Source of the DNA: Monocercomonoides exilis PA203
Taxonomy: Eukaryota; Protista; Preaxostyla
Direction of reading: 5' to 3'
NCBI GenBank assembly: GCA_001643675.2
Contig: LSRY02000020.1
Coordinates: forward strand, 682,001 to 746,000
Length of the DNA stretch: 64,000 nt
A model generated the notes under the pieces. The model ran no database searches. It saw nothing but the letters and a program-made list of their open reading frames with translations, and was not told the origin of the DNA. Made by a program: the position numbers and the translations under genes. This document shows positions 36,790-48,882 of this stretch, in pieces (positions within the stretch are counted from its first letter, which is position 1; each line of letters opens with the position of its first letter).

Positions 36790-39497
36790 ATGACATTTTT
36801 CTTCTCTGTTAAGAATCAACAAACTGGTATGTTAATTTTCTTAATTAAAAAGCTGTTAAATAGAATCATTTAATTCTTTTGTGATTTTTTCTGAAATGAT
36901 ATGCATCCTCTGAATTGATGAAGACATATTAAAGAGAATTTTTCGTTTAAACAAGAATACAGAAGATGAATCACCTCATAAAGAAGGAACAATAATTGAA
37001 ACATGGAAAATACTAATTATTGATGCTGTGGCTAAAGCTATCATTTCTCCGCTTTTAACAACAGCACAATTAAAAAGACTTGGAATTACAGTTGTTCATG
37101 ATATTACAGCTCATCGTCAACCTATTTACGAAGCGCCTGCAATATACATCGTTCAGCCTACTCCTGAAAACATAGAATTAATAAGCGAAGTTTGAAAGCA
37201 ATAGTTTTTTTAAATAATACATATTATTATCTGAATAATTGTTAAAAGGATGCAAAAGCTCAACGATACGATTCAATGTACCTAAATTTCATATCTCCCG
37301 TTGAATTAAGCCAATTGACCGAGTTGGCAAAGAGAACCTCAGAAGACGGAACAAGCAATCTTATTACAAAAGTGTGAATCTTAATTGCCTTTGAAATAAC
37401 AAATAATAAATTCATCTTTAAAAGGTCTTTGATCATTATTTTGATTTTATAACATATGAGCACAACCTCTTTTCTTTAAGAATGGAAAATTCTTTTTTGA
37501 AAATGCATGATAAAAAGATGGGTATGAATTATTTCTGGATTCTTTGTATTTAATGATGTTTTTTGCTCTTGTTTTTAGCTCCAGGAGACCGAGATATATT
37601 TCTCAATTCAATAGCAACATCTCTTTCACACGTCTTTTTGACAATGCAATCTGTTCCAATTATCAAATGTTCAAATTCGCCTAATGTGAAAAAAATAACT
37701 GAATTGCTGACTGAACACATGAGATCCGAAAAGTTTGTCGAAGCAATGGCAGCAATGACTACTGATTCTCAATCATCATCATCTTCTTCATCTTCTTTTT
37801 CTTCTTCCGCTTCAAGCGCTTCTGGAGGTATTGGACTAAATTCTGCAGAACGTCCTCTTTTATTGATTCTGGATCGGACAAGTGATGTCACGCCTGCCAT
37901 TCAGCACCAATGGGCTTATCTAAGTTTGATCAATGAGCTGCTCGATTACAGGCCTGGACGTGTTAGCTGGATGTCGTCACTTTCGCTGACTGCTGGGGAC
38001 AAAGCAGATGCCAAAGCAGGTAAGAAAATGGCGATTGTCAACTTTGACAGCGACGAATTCTGGAGAGAGAACATCGACGCAGACTTTGAGCTGATCAGCG
38101 AGAGGATCCAGGAGATGCTCACACAATACAAAGACGACGCAGAGCACATCAAGCAGAGATACAGCGCCGGCGACGACGGAAGCACTGGAGCACAGGCCGC
38201 AGATCTGATGCAAGATCTGAACCCTCTGACTGTTTGGATTAATTACACTCATTTTTTTAAAAAATGAATTCTTCTTTCATTCATTTATGCATTTGTTTTT
38301 CCTGTTGTCTGTCAATTTTTGAAATGACTATTTAACTTCATTTAGGTTATTAAAACCACACTCGACAACCACACCCTAATAGCGACAGAAGTGACGTCGC
38401 GCGTGCACAAGCGCATTTTGGATCATTATGCGGGTGTTGAGCGAGAGCTGATGGAGAAGCGGGATGTCACAGGCAATGCGCTCGAGCTGCTGGCTGCGGA
38501 ATATGCACTGAGAGGCACAGCATACGATCAATTCGACACGACATACACAGGAAACCAGGCTGGCTCTTCTTCTTCGGACTCTTCGGCTTCTTCCTCTGCA
38601 TCCGCTTCATCAACTGCGGCTGGCGAGCTTGCAAGAACAGCAGCGCCAGCAATGCAGACGAAAGGGACGTTCTCTGACATGATCCGCTTGCTGTGCATAG
38701 CGTATTTGTCCGGTGCCGACTGCACTCCATTTCGCGATGCAGAAAGGCAGATAGAGAACTGGAAGCACGGCCTCTTCCCGGCACTTCGATTTGTTAGACA
38801 GTTTGCTCCACACATTTATTTCCAAAAAAATAAAAAATCAAATTGTAATAATCATCTGTTGCGATATGTTTACTATTCCAATACATTTTGATTTTATTTT
38901 TTTATTCTTTTGCTTTTGTTGCCATACAGCCTTTATCCGAACGTTGCACCAGCGCAACAAGGAGCAGGCTCATTCTTAGCGGTATTTCTTTTCTTTCAGC
39001 TTTTTTCAAGATTTATGTTATATCAAACTTTATTTTTTTATTTTCTTTAAAATTGATTCAATTGAATTATACTTCCCTTCTTTGCTTTGCAGAGGCTCAC
39101 AAAAAAAGCTTCGTTTGACTATGTTATTCCAAAAATCGCGAAGGATGTGATGAATGGCACATCATCTGCTGAATCTGACTCACTTCTCACATACGATCCA
39201 ATTCAGGTTTCTGAACAATTTTTATGATTATTATATTTATAAATTTGAATGCATATCTCTATTTTTAAAAAGGACTCTGCAACAGCTTCATCATCAACAA
39301 CACCAGCAAGGCAGATTTATCGCAAAGTGATTGTATTTGTTGTCGGAGGTGGTACGACTGCGGAATACCTCAATCTCATGCAATATGCAAAGGCAAACGG
39401 GAAAGAACTTATCTTCGGTTGTACCGAGTTACTGACCCCAGATAAGTTCATGTCGCAACTAGCATCTCTTGGACGTATTGTCTTTGGAGACATTTAA
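36790..39497 (+). CDS. SLY1: Sec1/Munc18-family protein Sly1 (SCFD1), multi-exon
   Basis: WKILIID..IISPLL..LKRLGIT..RQPI..PAIYIVQPTPENI, YLNFISP, RPLLLILDR..HQWAYLSLI, VFVVGGGTTAEY..IFGCTELL. Confidence 0.9.
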
Positions 39498-39850
39498 AAT
39501 ATCACTCGTCATGTCGCTCTCTTTTAAACTTATTGTTTTCGTTTCTTTCTTTGTTCATTATATCTCTTAAATAATCCATATTCTGAAAATCCTTCTCCTT
39601 TCAATGTATTCATTTATGTATCTTGATTTTTTAACCTGTTTAAAATTACGTAAAAATTCTTCTTTTGCTTGAAGATTCAAAAGAGCATGATAAATATAAT
39701 CTCCAATTACAACCACCTCAAGAATTCTAATAAGAGAACAAAAATCAGAAAAATGTCTTGTACGTATATTCATGTGTCATATCAATAAAAGATGCGGGAA
39801 ATGAATTTTGAAAAATCTTTTATAAACTATCGCCTAATGAATTGGAAAAT

Positions 39851-40261
39851 TTACTTTTTTTCAGCTTTCTTTGCAGCCATCTTTCTTCCGTGAGCACGAC
39901 CCATTGCACGGAGCAAAATGCTTGCACGTTTCACTGCTGGGCCAATAAGGTCACGTCTATATCCTCCATGCTTCAAGACATTTCTCACAGCTGCAACAGA
40001 GTGTTTGTTTGTCTTGATCGTGCTAACTCTCCATGCCTTTGCAGGATGACGTCTTGCTGGTCTTCTTTTCAAATGCACTTCAATTTTCTTTCCTCCCTTT
40101 GCATATTTGATGTTTACAGCTCTTTTGTTTGCCAAGCCTGAGAAACGTTTTCTGTTAAGGCAAGTCAAATTGCCTGGTTCAGTTGCAAAAAGGGCTCCAT
40201 CTCTCTTCACCAAGTATGAGCTGTTACGCTTTACAAGTTCCCACACCAGAGAATTTGACAT
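39851..40261 (-). CDS. RPL28: 60S ribosomal protein L28 (eL28)
   Basis: MSNSLVWELVKRNSSYLVKR..FATEPGNL..FSGLAN..YRRDL..AVKRAS. ATG sits directly after a CAG acceptor (upstream intron 40417-40262). Confidence 0.95.
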   Translation of the reverse strand: MSNSLVWELVKRNSSYLVKRDGALFATEPGNLTCLNRKRFSGLANKRAVNIKYAKGGKKIEVHLKRRPARRHPAKAWRVSTIKTNKHSVAAVRNVLKHGGYRRDLIGPAVKRASILLRAMGRAHGRKMAAKKAEKK

Positions 40262-40594
40262 CTGTTAAAGAAAGTATTTAAAAGATATAAATATCAGTAA
40301 AAGTTAAACGCAATGAATAAAGTCAATATTTTCAAAAGTCATAGAAATTTCAATTAATAAAAATAGATGTAAATCAATGTATAAAAATATTATCATTTAA
40401 AACAAGCAGTATCATACGTTATGAAAGAAATAGTGGAATCTGATCCTTTTAATCCCTGAACTGAAAGAGGATTGTTTACTTATAGTGGTATTCATTTGAT
40501 CAGTTAACAATTTCTAAATTTTTTTTCACATTTTAAAAAGCGAAAAGCAATATAACGCTAATTGCTCCATAGTTAAAAAATTAAGTGAATCTTC

Positions 40595-42113
40595 ATGGCC
40601 CAGGCTGTTTGTGAATTATTTATTGATAGCACCGAAACAATAAAAAATCTATAATTTTATTTTTCTATAGGTAGAAGATAAACCGGTAATTCCAATAGAT
40701 GAAAAACAAAACTATTTTTCTCAAATTCGATCCATGCTAACTTCTGATATTTTACAATTCTCCATTCCAGTGAAAATCGAAACTGTATCAAAACATGGAG
40801 AAATAGCAATCAAAGCTGATCCGACAAAAAAAGTCCAAAAAGTACTTGCTCCGTTTATGTACAGTGATGTGAAAATCGAAGATCCAGATTCGGTTATTTT
40901 CACAAAAGTCGTGAAGCCTTCACAGAATCATGAAGAAGAAAAAGATATCAAAACGAAGAAGAAAAAAATAAAATTTCCTGTTGGATTTCCTGCAGATAAC
41001 TTCATATCAAAGAAAAGTCTTTTGTATGATGATGGGGATTCAACGGCTTCTTTTTCACAATTAAATGAAAGAAATAATCAATCACCTTCCATAAGTAATC
41101 CAAAGACAAAAGCAAAACGAAAGCATCGGCATCATCGAAGATCACATCAGAAATTGAAATCAAAACATAGCAAAAGTCATCGACATAAAACGGACAACGA
41201 TTCTTCTCGAAGGCGTGTTCACATTTCACATAGAGGAAGACGCAGTCGCAGAATATCGCGGTCACGATCCAGCTCGCGCTCTTTGTCAGCTGAGTTTTTC
41301 TCTTCATCCTCGTCTCCTTATCCGACTTCTCCTTCTTCAATGTCAATAGTATCGACTGACTACTCTCCGAGATCTCGTTCGTCGTCGACATGGTCTTCCA
41401 CAATGTCTATTGTCTCCTGTGACTCCTTTTCTGCTTCTCCTCCGCGTTCTCTCCACACTTCACCCGCTCGTTTGACTGACGATTCAAGTGACGATTCTTC
41501 AATCATACCAGATTCTTCAAAGCTGCACGAAGATTTGGCTAAACAAGGTTATAGACGAAACATTGAATTACCAAGAATCAGTCAAACTTCTAACACCTTG
41601 CCGAGTTCTTCAGTTAATTTATCATCTTTTTCAAACACAGATTCCATTCATTCTCCACACTTCGAAGATCATTCACTTCACACAACACTAAAAAAACACA
41701 TTTCACATTCATCCAACGACTCTTCCAAGCAACCACAACGAAAAAAAAACAGATTGGCTTCAGCGGATTCAAATTTTTCACTTGCAAAAACTCCTCACAA
41801 AACACATCGAATAAAAGAAGCAACAGAAATAAGTTCTGAACAACACATCACAGAAGACACAAGTGAGAAGAAGATGGATCAAATCACAAAAACGGAGCAA
41901 AATAAAAAAGATGAAGATGACAGCGATTTCAGTGATTTGTTTGACCTCGATATTGACTCAGATTTATACGAAGATGGAGGTTTTGGAAGACGGAAAAAAA
42001 CAAATGATGACGAAGGTGACATCTTAAAGAAAAAAAGTGGCCAAAAGAAAAAGAAAAGAAAACGAAAAAATAAGCATGGAAGTAGTGATAGCGATTATGA
42101 TGGAGCCTATTAA
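40595..42113 (+). CDS. Hypothetical Ser/Arg/Lys-rich, probably nuclear, protein, 2 exons
   Basis: ATG GCC CAG GCT|GT...AG|GTA GAA splices in frame into the 459-aa ORF; RS-like tract RRSRRISRSRSSSRS and basic clusters. Confidence 0.7.
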
Positions 42114-42343
42114 CGAATACTTCTGAGTATATACTGCAAGACTGTTTTAGTTTCATTGTTTTTTAAAAACAATATTATATTTTTTGTTGAGTATCGATTT
42201 TAATTAGTGTTTTTTTCTCCATATAAACATCATTTATATTAAAAATCGATTTGATTTTTACACTTTTTAAATATTTTCAAGTTGAATAAATAATTCGAAA
42301 TATAAGTAAAAAGATTTGGTTTAGATCTAACACATTTATTCAA

Positions 42344-43394
42344 ATGACTCAGTTAGCAACTGATGATTCACTTCAAAGCGAGGAAGTTTTACTTGTGCAT
42401 AGGGTATCTATCGTTTTATAAAAATTTGTCATGCAGTTTTTGTTATTTGATAACTTTTGCAAATATTTCTATTTTAGACCATATCCTACGGTAATACTGT
42501 ACAATGGCTTGGAAAAGTGAACGACGGACAAAAATATGTTAAATGGACCGTTTTTGTGAGGAGTCCTGTTGGAGAAGATCTTTCAACATTTATTTCTTCA
42601 GTAACATTTGATTTGCATGACGATTTCCATCCACCGAAACGAAGTTTGAAGAATTTTAAATTTTTATGAAGTTGAAATGTATTTTGTTACGTTAGCATTA
42701 AAAGCTCCGCCTTACGAAGTGGAAGAGGATGGATGGGGAGAATTTACTTTAATGATTTCTATAAATTTTAAAACAGACGATATCCCACCAATAAAATTTC
42801 CTTATCATTTACATCTTCTTCCTACAGAACGCTTAACTTCTTCAAAGTTTGAATTTATTTTTTTAAAAATATTTTTATTCACAATTTTAACAATTAAACC
42901 CAGTATTGGAGAAACAGACTCATTTGAAAAGTGCGATGAATTGATATTTTTTGATCCAAAGCAATCAGTACTAGATAACTTAATAATTCAAAAACCGAAT
43001 CTTCGCACTTCAATGACAGAAAAGCTGCGTATGCAATTATTAAATATGAATTTCTCATTTCAAATATTTATCAAAAGTTAAACCCTGCCCACTAGAAGAA
43101 CTGACACAGATTTTATGCTCTGGAATAAAGCAAGTTGATTCTGATAGCGTGAGATTGGAAGAAAAGCTTCTGAGAGAAGAGTATCAAACCAAATGCTATA
43201 AACTTATTTTGAAAGAAAGAAAAAGAACTCGAAGAAGTGGTATGAAAGATGTTCATACTTCCGCAATTGAAATTACAGATAGAGATCTTGAAGATGAGGT
43301 TCTTGCTGGACCTTTGACTGAAAAAGAAAAGAGTTGGATGGATTCAGAAATGTCAAAATTTGCAAAAAACAGTCATATTCTTCAATCTTCATGA
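42344..43394 (+). CDS. YEATS-domain protein (Yaf9/GAS41/AF9-like), multi-exon
   Basis: ISYGN..KWTVFVRS..FISSVTFDLHDDF.PP.R..APPYEVEEDGWGEF..PYHLHL..DELIFFDP. Confidence 0.88.
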
Positions 43395-43682
43395 ATTCAC
43401 ATTTCACGAAAACACTTCATTGTTTTTAATTATTATTTATTTTATTTTTTTTCTTGTTTTTTTTATTCTTTCAAAGAAGAATTGGAAATATATAAACGTG
43501 ATCAAAAAACTAAAAAGTTTTTAGGTTTTCGTTTTAAGCGAACATCCGAATCAAAATGTGTGTTTTTATTTTTCTAATTTTAATATTATCCACATAAAAT
43601 ATAAAAACAATTATTCTATCAACTTTTGATTCCCCCATTCCCATTTTCTTTGAAATAACCTAATTTGATTAAAGTTTCCACA

Positions 43683-45855
43683 ATGGTTGAAGAGCACACT
43701 GTTCCGGCCCCTGGCGCAGTTAAGAAAAAGCCAGCATCTTTCCTTTCTGCAACGACAAATATTGTTAATACTATTGTTGGGGCAGGTACCCTTGGACTTC
43801 CTTTTGCATTCGCAAAAGCTGGCTTTCTCCCTGCTCTTCTCATATATGTATTCATGCTTGCTGTTTCATATCTTTCTCTTGACTACCTTGTTGAGGTTGC
43901 TGATGCGATTGGTGTTTACTCACTTGGAGACGTATGTGTTTATATTTATTGACATTTTTTTCATTTTCTTTTGTAAACAGATGGCAGCAAAGTTATTTGG
44001 AATCTATGGAATACTTGCAGTTGCTATATGCACTTTTATCAAATGTTTTGGCGTACTTTGGTCTTATACAATTCTTGCTGTTGACTTCGCAATTTCTCTA
44101 ATCTTAGGATTTGGAGCTGATCCTAATGCTTTTTATGTTTCGCGATGGTTTCTGTCGTTGATAATTGCCTTTTTCATATTTCAACCATTGTCGTGGTTTC
44201 GAAGAGTGGATTCATTGAAAATTGTCTCTGGATTTGCTCTTTTGGCAATGATTTTATGCGTTGTGATTGTATTTTTCCGTTTCATTGTACCATACGAAAT
44301 TCCCCCAAAGCCTTCCATGTCTCCAGAAGTGGTTCATCCGTCTGTTACAATCATTCAGACTTTTTCGACATTGTGCTTTGCATTTGGATCCCAACAGACA
44401 ATTCCTATGATTCAAAATGAAGTCAGAAGGAAAAGTGCAAAGACTATGCGTGGCGTTGTTATTGTTTCACTTGGAACGGTCACGGTCATATATCTTTTCT
44501 CAGCTATTTTTGGTTACATTCAATTTACCGATTTATTTTTCACTGCTTCTTCGCCTGGAAATATTCTTACGATGTACGAAGATGGAGATCCATTGCTGAT
44601 GGTTGGCCGGGCTGCTGTGATGCTGTCGATGCTCCTCAGTCACCCGTTGCTGCTTATGCCCGCACGTTCTGTGCTGTTCAACATGATTCGTGTATTGATT
44701 GATCTTGCACGAGATGGCAAAGCGAAGACAACAAGGAAGTATGCGGCAAGTGGAATTCCTCTGCTTTTCCCACCCAGATGGAGGCACAACTATCTTTTGT
44801 GCCATTCAAAGGTCTCAAAGATGTCGCTCGCAACTGGAGTTGTAGGATCCATCTTGACGTTCGCAGCTATGGGACTCGCCATTATTCTCCCTTCTGTCTC
44901 GTTTGTATTTGACATAATCGGCTCAACTGCCGGAACAGCTGTCTCATTCATCATTCCGACTTTGATGTACATCCGCTTGAAGACGAAGCCAGATCTATTT
45001 GTCAACAAAGATCGAGTGAAAGTGCTTCTAGAAAATGAAACACCAGAAGAGCCAACTGAAAGTAAGAAAACAGAAAAGGATAGCAATGACAAACAACTGA
45101 AAGAACTTGCTCAAAACGCTGCTTCTGAGGATTTGAAGGACATGGAGATGGCAAGTATGCCTGGGTCTGATAACAACAGCCAGAATGCAGCTGAATCTGC
45201 TGGTGAAGACGAGCAATCGGAAGAAATGTCAGAGGAAGAGGCCAGAGGAGGGAAACCGCAAAGAAGATATATGATTGAGCCTGATGACTATTCATCGTGG
45301 AACCGCCCTGGAGATACGACAGCAGCGGAAGGAAGCCACGGAATAGCTGGATTGAACCCGCAGTCGATGCGATCATATGCTACAACACCTTCGGGAATTC
45401 CTCTTCTGTCAGCTATTTCTCCGATGCCTGGCTCCATGAATACTCCTTATCCGGTTCCTTCTCCAACATCCACACTTCCTTTGATACCTGAAGATGAAAC
45501 ACAGGCAAACAGTAATGCAGAAGAAAAGCCAACGACGGGTCCAAATAACACATCCAGTTCATTGAGTCCCAGTGATCTGAAATCAGAAGATAAAAAAGGA
45601 GCAAATACTTTGAATCAGACAGAGACAAACAGCAGGAAAAGTGGGAAGAAATCAGAGAAAGAATCAGAAGAATTAGCTGCATTCAAAAAGGAATGTGAAG
45701 CTAAGATTGCAGAGTATCTTGTACCGCTGAAGATGTCACATCACTCCATCATAACAGCGTTGGTTATATTAATTACCGGCGTTGTTATTGGCCTGGTTTC
45801 TTTGGCCGTGGCCATCATCTACGACACCAGCATAAAAGATAAGCTCAATCTTTAG
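43683..45855 (+). CDS. Amino-acid transporter (Aa_trans/AAAP, SLC38/AVT-like), 2 exons
   Basis: NIVNTIVGAGTLGLPFAFAKAG, LCFAFGSQ, SAIFGY, GSTAGTAVSFIIP; about 11 TM segments; intron about 43932-43980. Confidence 0.92.
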
Positions 45856-46583
45856 ACTCACTTTGTATTTTTTGTGAAATATTTCTTCTTTATTAAATTT
45901 TCTCTTTTGATGCGAATGTGAACATGAGATATTGAGCGATACTTTATTATTGCAACAACACAACTCTTCACACTAAACTATACTGTGACTTCTCTTTCTT
46001 TCTGTCTACCCTTCAAATTACATTCTTTCATTGTTAACCACTTCAATAGATACCACCAGTTGTTTTCAATGATTTTGATAATAGTTCAGTTTAAGTCTTT
46101 TTGTTGATTTATTTTTACAAGATAGCCAGTAATTTATCCTTTTTTTCTTTTTAGAGTATTCATTTCAGATTTCTTTCTAATATTCAGTTTTATTTCATGA
46201 AATGTTTGTAGAGTTCTGTGTTTTTGACTTCTGTTTTGTCTATCTTTAAGTACATTATTGAGGAAACCACAGCTACTGTTTTCTTATGTTGAATTTTTGT
46301 GAATGTCGGATTTCTCTTGATTTCTATTTTATACGAGACTACGCTGTTGATAGGATTTGTTTGAATAATCAAATCGAAAGACTTTCCCTTTGAAACCAAG
46401 AATCCGAACGAACGAATGAATTGTGCAGCAACTGTTGGTTAAACTGGAGAGTTTGAAAAAAATGCATTTCAAAAAAAGAAAGATAAATTGAAAAAAAGTA
46501 ATAAGGCTGAAGTGAAAGCACGATTGCTTTGCGAAGAAATTAGTACTTAAAAAAAGAGTCTAAGTAACGCAAATGGAGAGAGA

Positions 46584-48733
46584 TTACATAGGCTCATCAT
46601 CAGGTCCTCCAAAGCCTGGATCTTCATCGGCATTTGCATTCTCAAGTTGTCCGAATTCGTTTTCAATTTCCTCACGAGCCTTGCGCAGTTCTTCGTCCTC
46701 TTCATCCCAATTCCGAAGACGTGAATAACGCATAGCCTGAACAAGAGAAATGGAGAGAAAGTCATTTGCATAATCATCATTTTTTGTCAGCAGATATAAA
46801 AAATTATAAATTGACAGTAATGAAAGTTGATGAGTGAATAACAATGTTATAATTAAAAAAAACTAAGTTTGAAAATACCTTCATCAGCCTTTCATTGATA
46901 TCGACACACGCTGTGATACGTCTCTGAATCTTATCATTGGGAATCGTTGTCTCGTAGATGGTTGCCTCTTCCATTGTCCGGATGCACTTAGCATCGTGGT
47001 CGATGACTGCATCAATGAGTCCATCAGAAATGGCCTTTGACGCTGCAGACTCTGCTTCAGACTCACTCGACAGCACAAGCTTCTGCTTTATGTCTTCTAA
47101 TGACAAAGTTGAATACACACGGCACAGGCGGCGAAGTCCTGTTTGAACAACATTCAGACGAAGTCTGCCAAAGAAAGAGAGCGTTTTAATAATTGAAATA
47201 AAGGGGAAAAAAGGTGTGTTATAATTATTTAGCAGAAACGAAAAATAATTCATCATTTATAATTATTCACAAAAGTTTTAAGTTATTCGAAGTTTTTTGT
47301 TCAACGAAGATATATCTCATTTCAAACCTTATAATTAATGAATACAGCCCATCTTTTTTGAATATTTCCGCTTTTGAGGCAACAATCTCATCGAATTCCT
47401 TCACCCTTCCTTCTCTAACAGCAGATGTGATATCAAGATATGGTTTCAATTCGTGGCTAAATCCTGGTTCAAAGAAAATTGAACGTTTTGGTGTGAATCC
47501 TTGCAAGAGTTGAACAAGAACAGATAATTTTGTGCACTAAACCATTTGGTAATTTGAACAAAATAAAATTTACAAAATAAATTGACATAAAAAAATGATA
47601 AGTATAAAAATCAATAACGTTTGAAGCTAAAGAAATTTCATACAGCAATTCTAAATCCTAACACGTGCTTTGGTGATCTGCTAAGTGCCAATTGAATGTT
47701 TTCGTCGGCCTCTTTATGCTTCCCCTCGATGGCACGAAGTGTGGCCACATAAAATGCATAGCGAGCATGCTGTACTGAAGCACAACTGCCAACAGGTGGA
47801 AAGACAACGCTTGACAGAAACTGATTAGCTTGGACAAATTCTCCTTGATTTATAAAAATAGACAGAATTATGTTTATTAAAGTTGCCTGCCCCTGCGCAT
47901 CATTAACATGAATTGCAGTTCGAAGTGCAGTTGTAAATTGAACACGAGATGCATAAAGATGATCTTTTCCTCCCTTTTTCACCAATATACGTGAGATGAA
48001 ATAATATGTTTTCGCTAACACGTCAAACAAAGGTTGTCTTTGTTCAACTTGAAGAGAACCTAATCTCATAACTAAGTCTTGTGCGCAAGTAAGTGCACGA
48101 TCATAATTCTTTTCTCGATAAAGTACCATAACAGCAAGAAGACGCAGAAATCCTTCCAATTCCATTCCATGTGTATATTTTATCGGAGGAACAACGATGG
48201 GGGTCTTCTTCTTTTTATCTTTTTCATCATTCTCCTTTTTATCTTCTGTTGTTTTATCATCTTTTTTCTCGTCTTTTTTTTCTTCTTTTGCTTCCTCGAC
48301 ATCCATTGCATCCTTTGCTTCTGCTGGTGATGAATTTGCAGAAACGTCTGGAGTTGGAACTGGGGTGGCTGAAGGAGTTACCATAAGTGCCCGATCCGAA
48401 ATTTTTGGAGGAATTTCTTCTTCTTTTGCAAACTCAGCATTTTTTGGGTTTTCGGGCTTTGGGGAAATATTACATAAAGAAAATGTATTAAAATGTTAAA
48501 CGCTTACGAATTTAAAAAGTAATAAAAAAAGGTACATTAAAATTCAACAGTGGAAGGAGAAACGATTTGGACTGTTCAGAAAGTTTTAATGTGGAGATGT
48601 ACCATCCCAATTTCTCAGAAGAAACTCCATTCTTAAAGGCTGTGCAACGCCTAATCAGTCGAGGCAATGGGATCAATTCAATGGAAGTGACTTTAATATC
48701 TGACATGTTTGATCTGCCCATCACTAAGTGCAT
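46584..48733 (-). CDS. PSMD3: 26S proteasome lid subunit Rpn3, multi-exon (start may be the internal MSDIKV)
   Basis: LRTA..D..GQATLIN, QHARYAFY, LKPYLDITSAVREG, DGLYSLIIR|LRLNVVQTGLR..YSTLSL, KAISDGLIDAVIDH, RITACV..K|AMRY. Confidence 0.92.
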
Positions 48734-48882
48734 TTCAATTTAAAAATTTTTATTTTACATCAAGAGAAATATTAAAGTTAATAAATTGAAAAAGATAAAA
48801 TATTCATTGATAGAAATTCGTTTTCAGTTATTATTGACCCATTTATTGTTATAATATTTCTTATTTGCTTTCTTGAGGGTCA

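Noticed and set aside
40410-40510. Possible C/D-box snoRNA or hairpin near RPL28 (CTGA motifs, AATCC..GGATT stem)
   Set aside because: No clean RUGAUGA box C or terminal stem; better explained as the RPL28 first exon and promoter.
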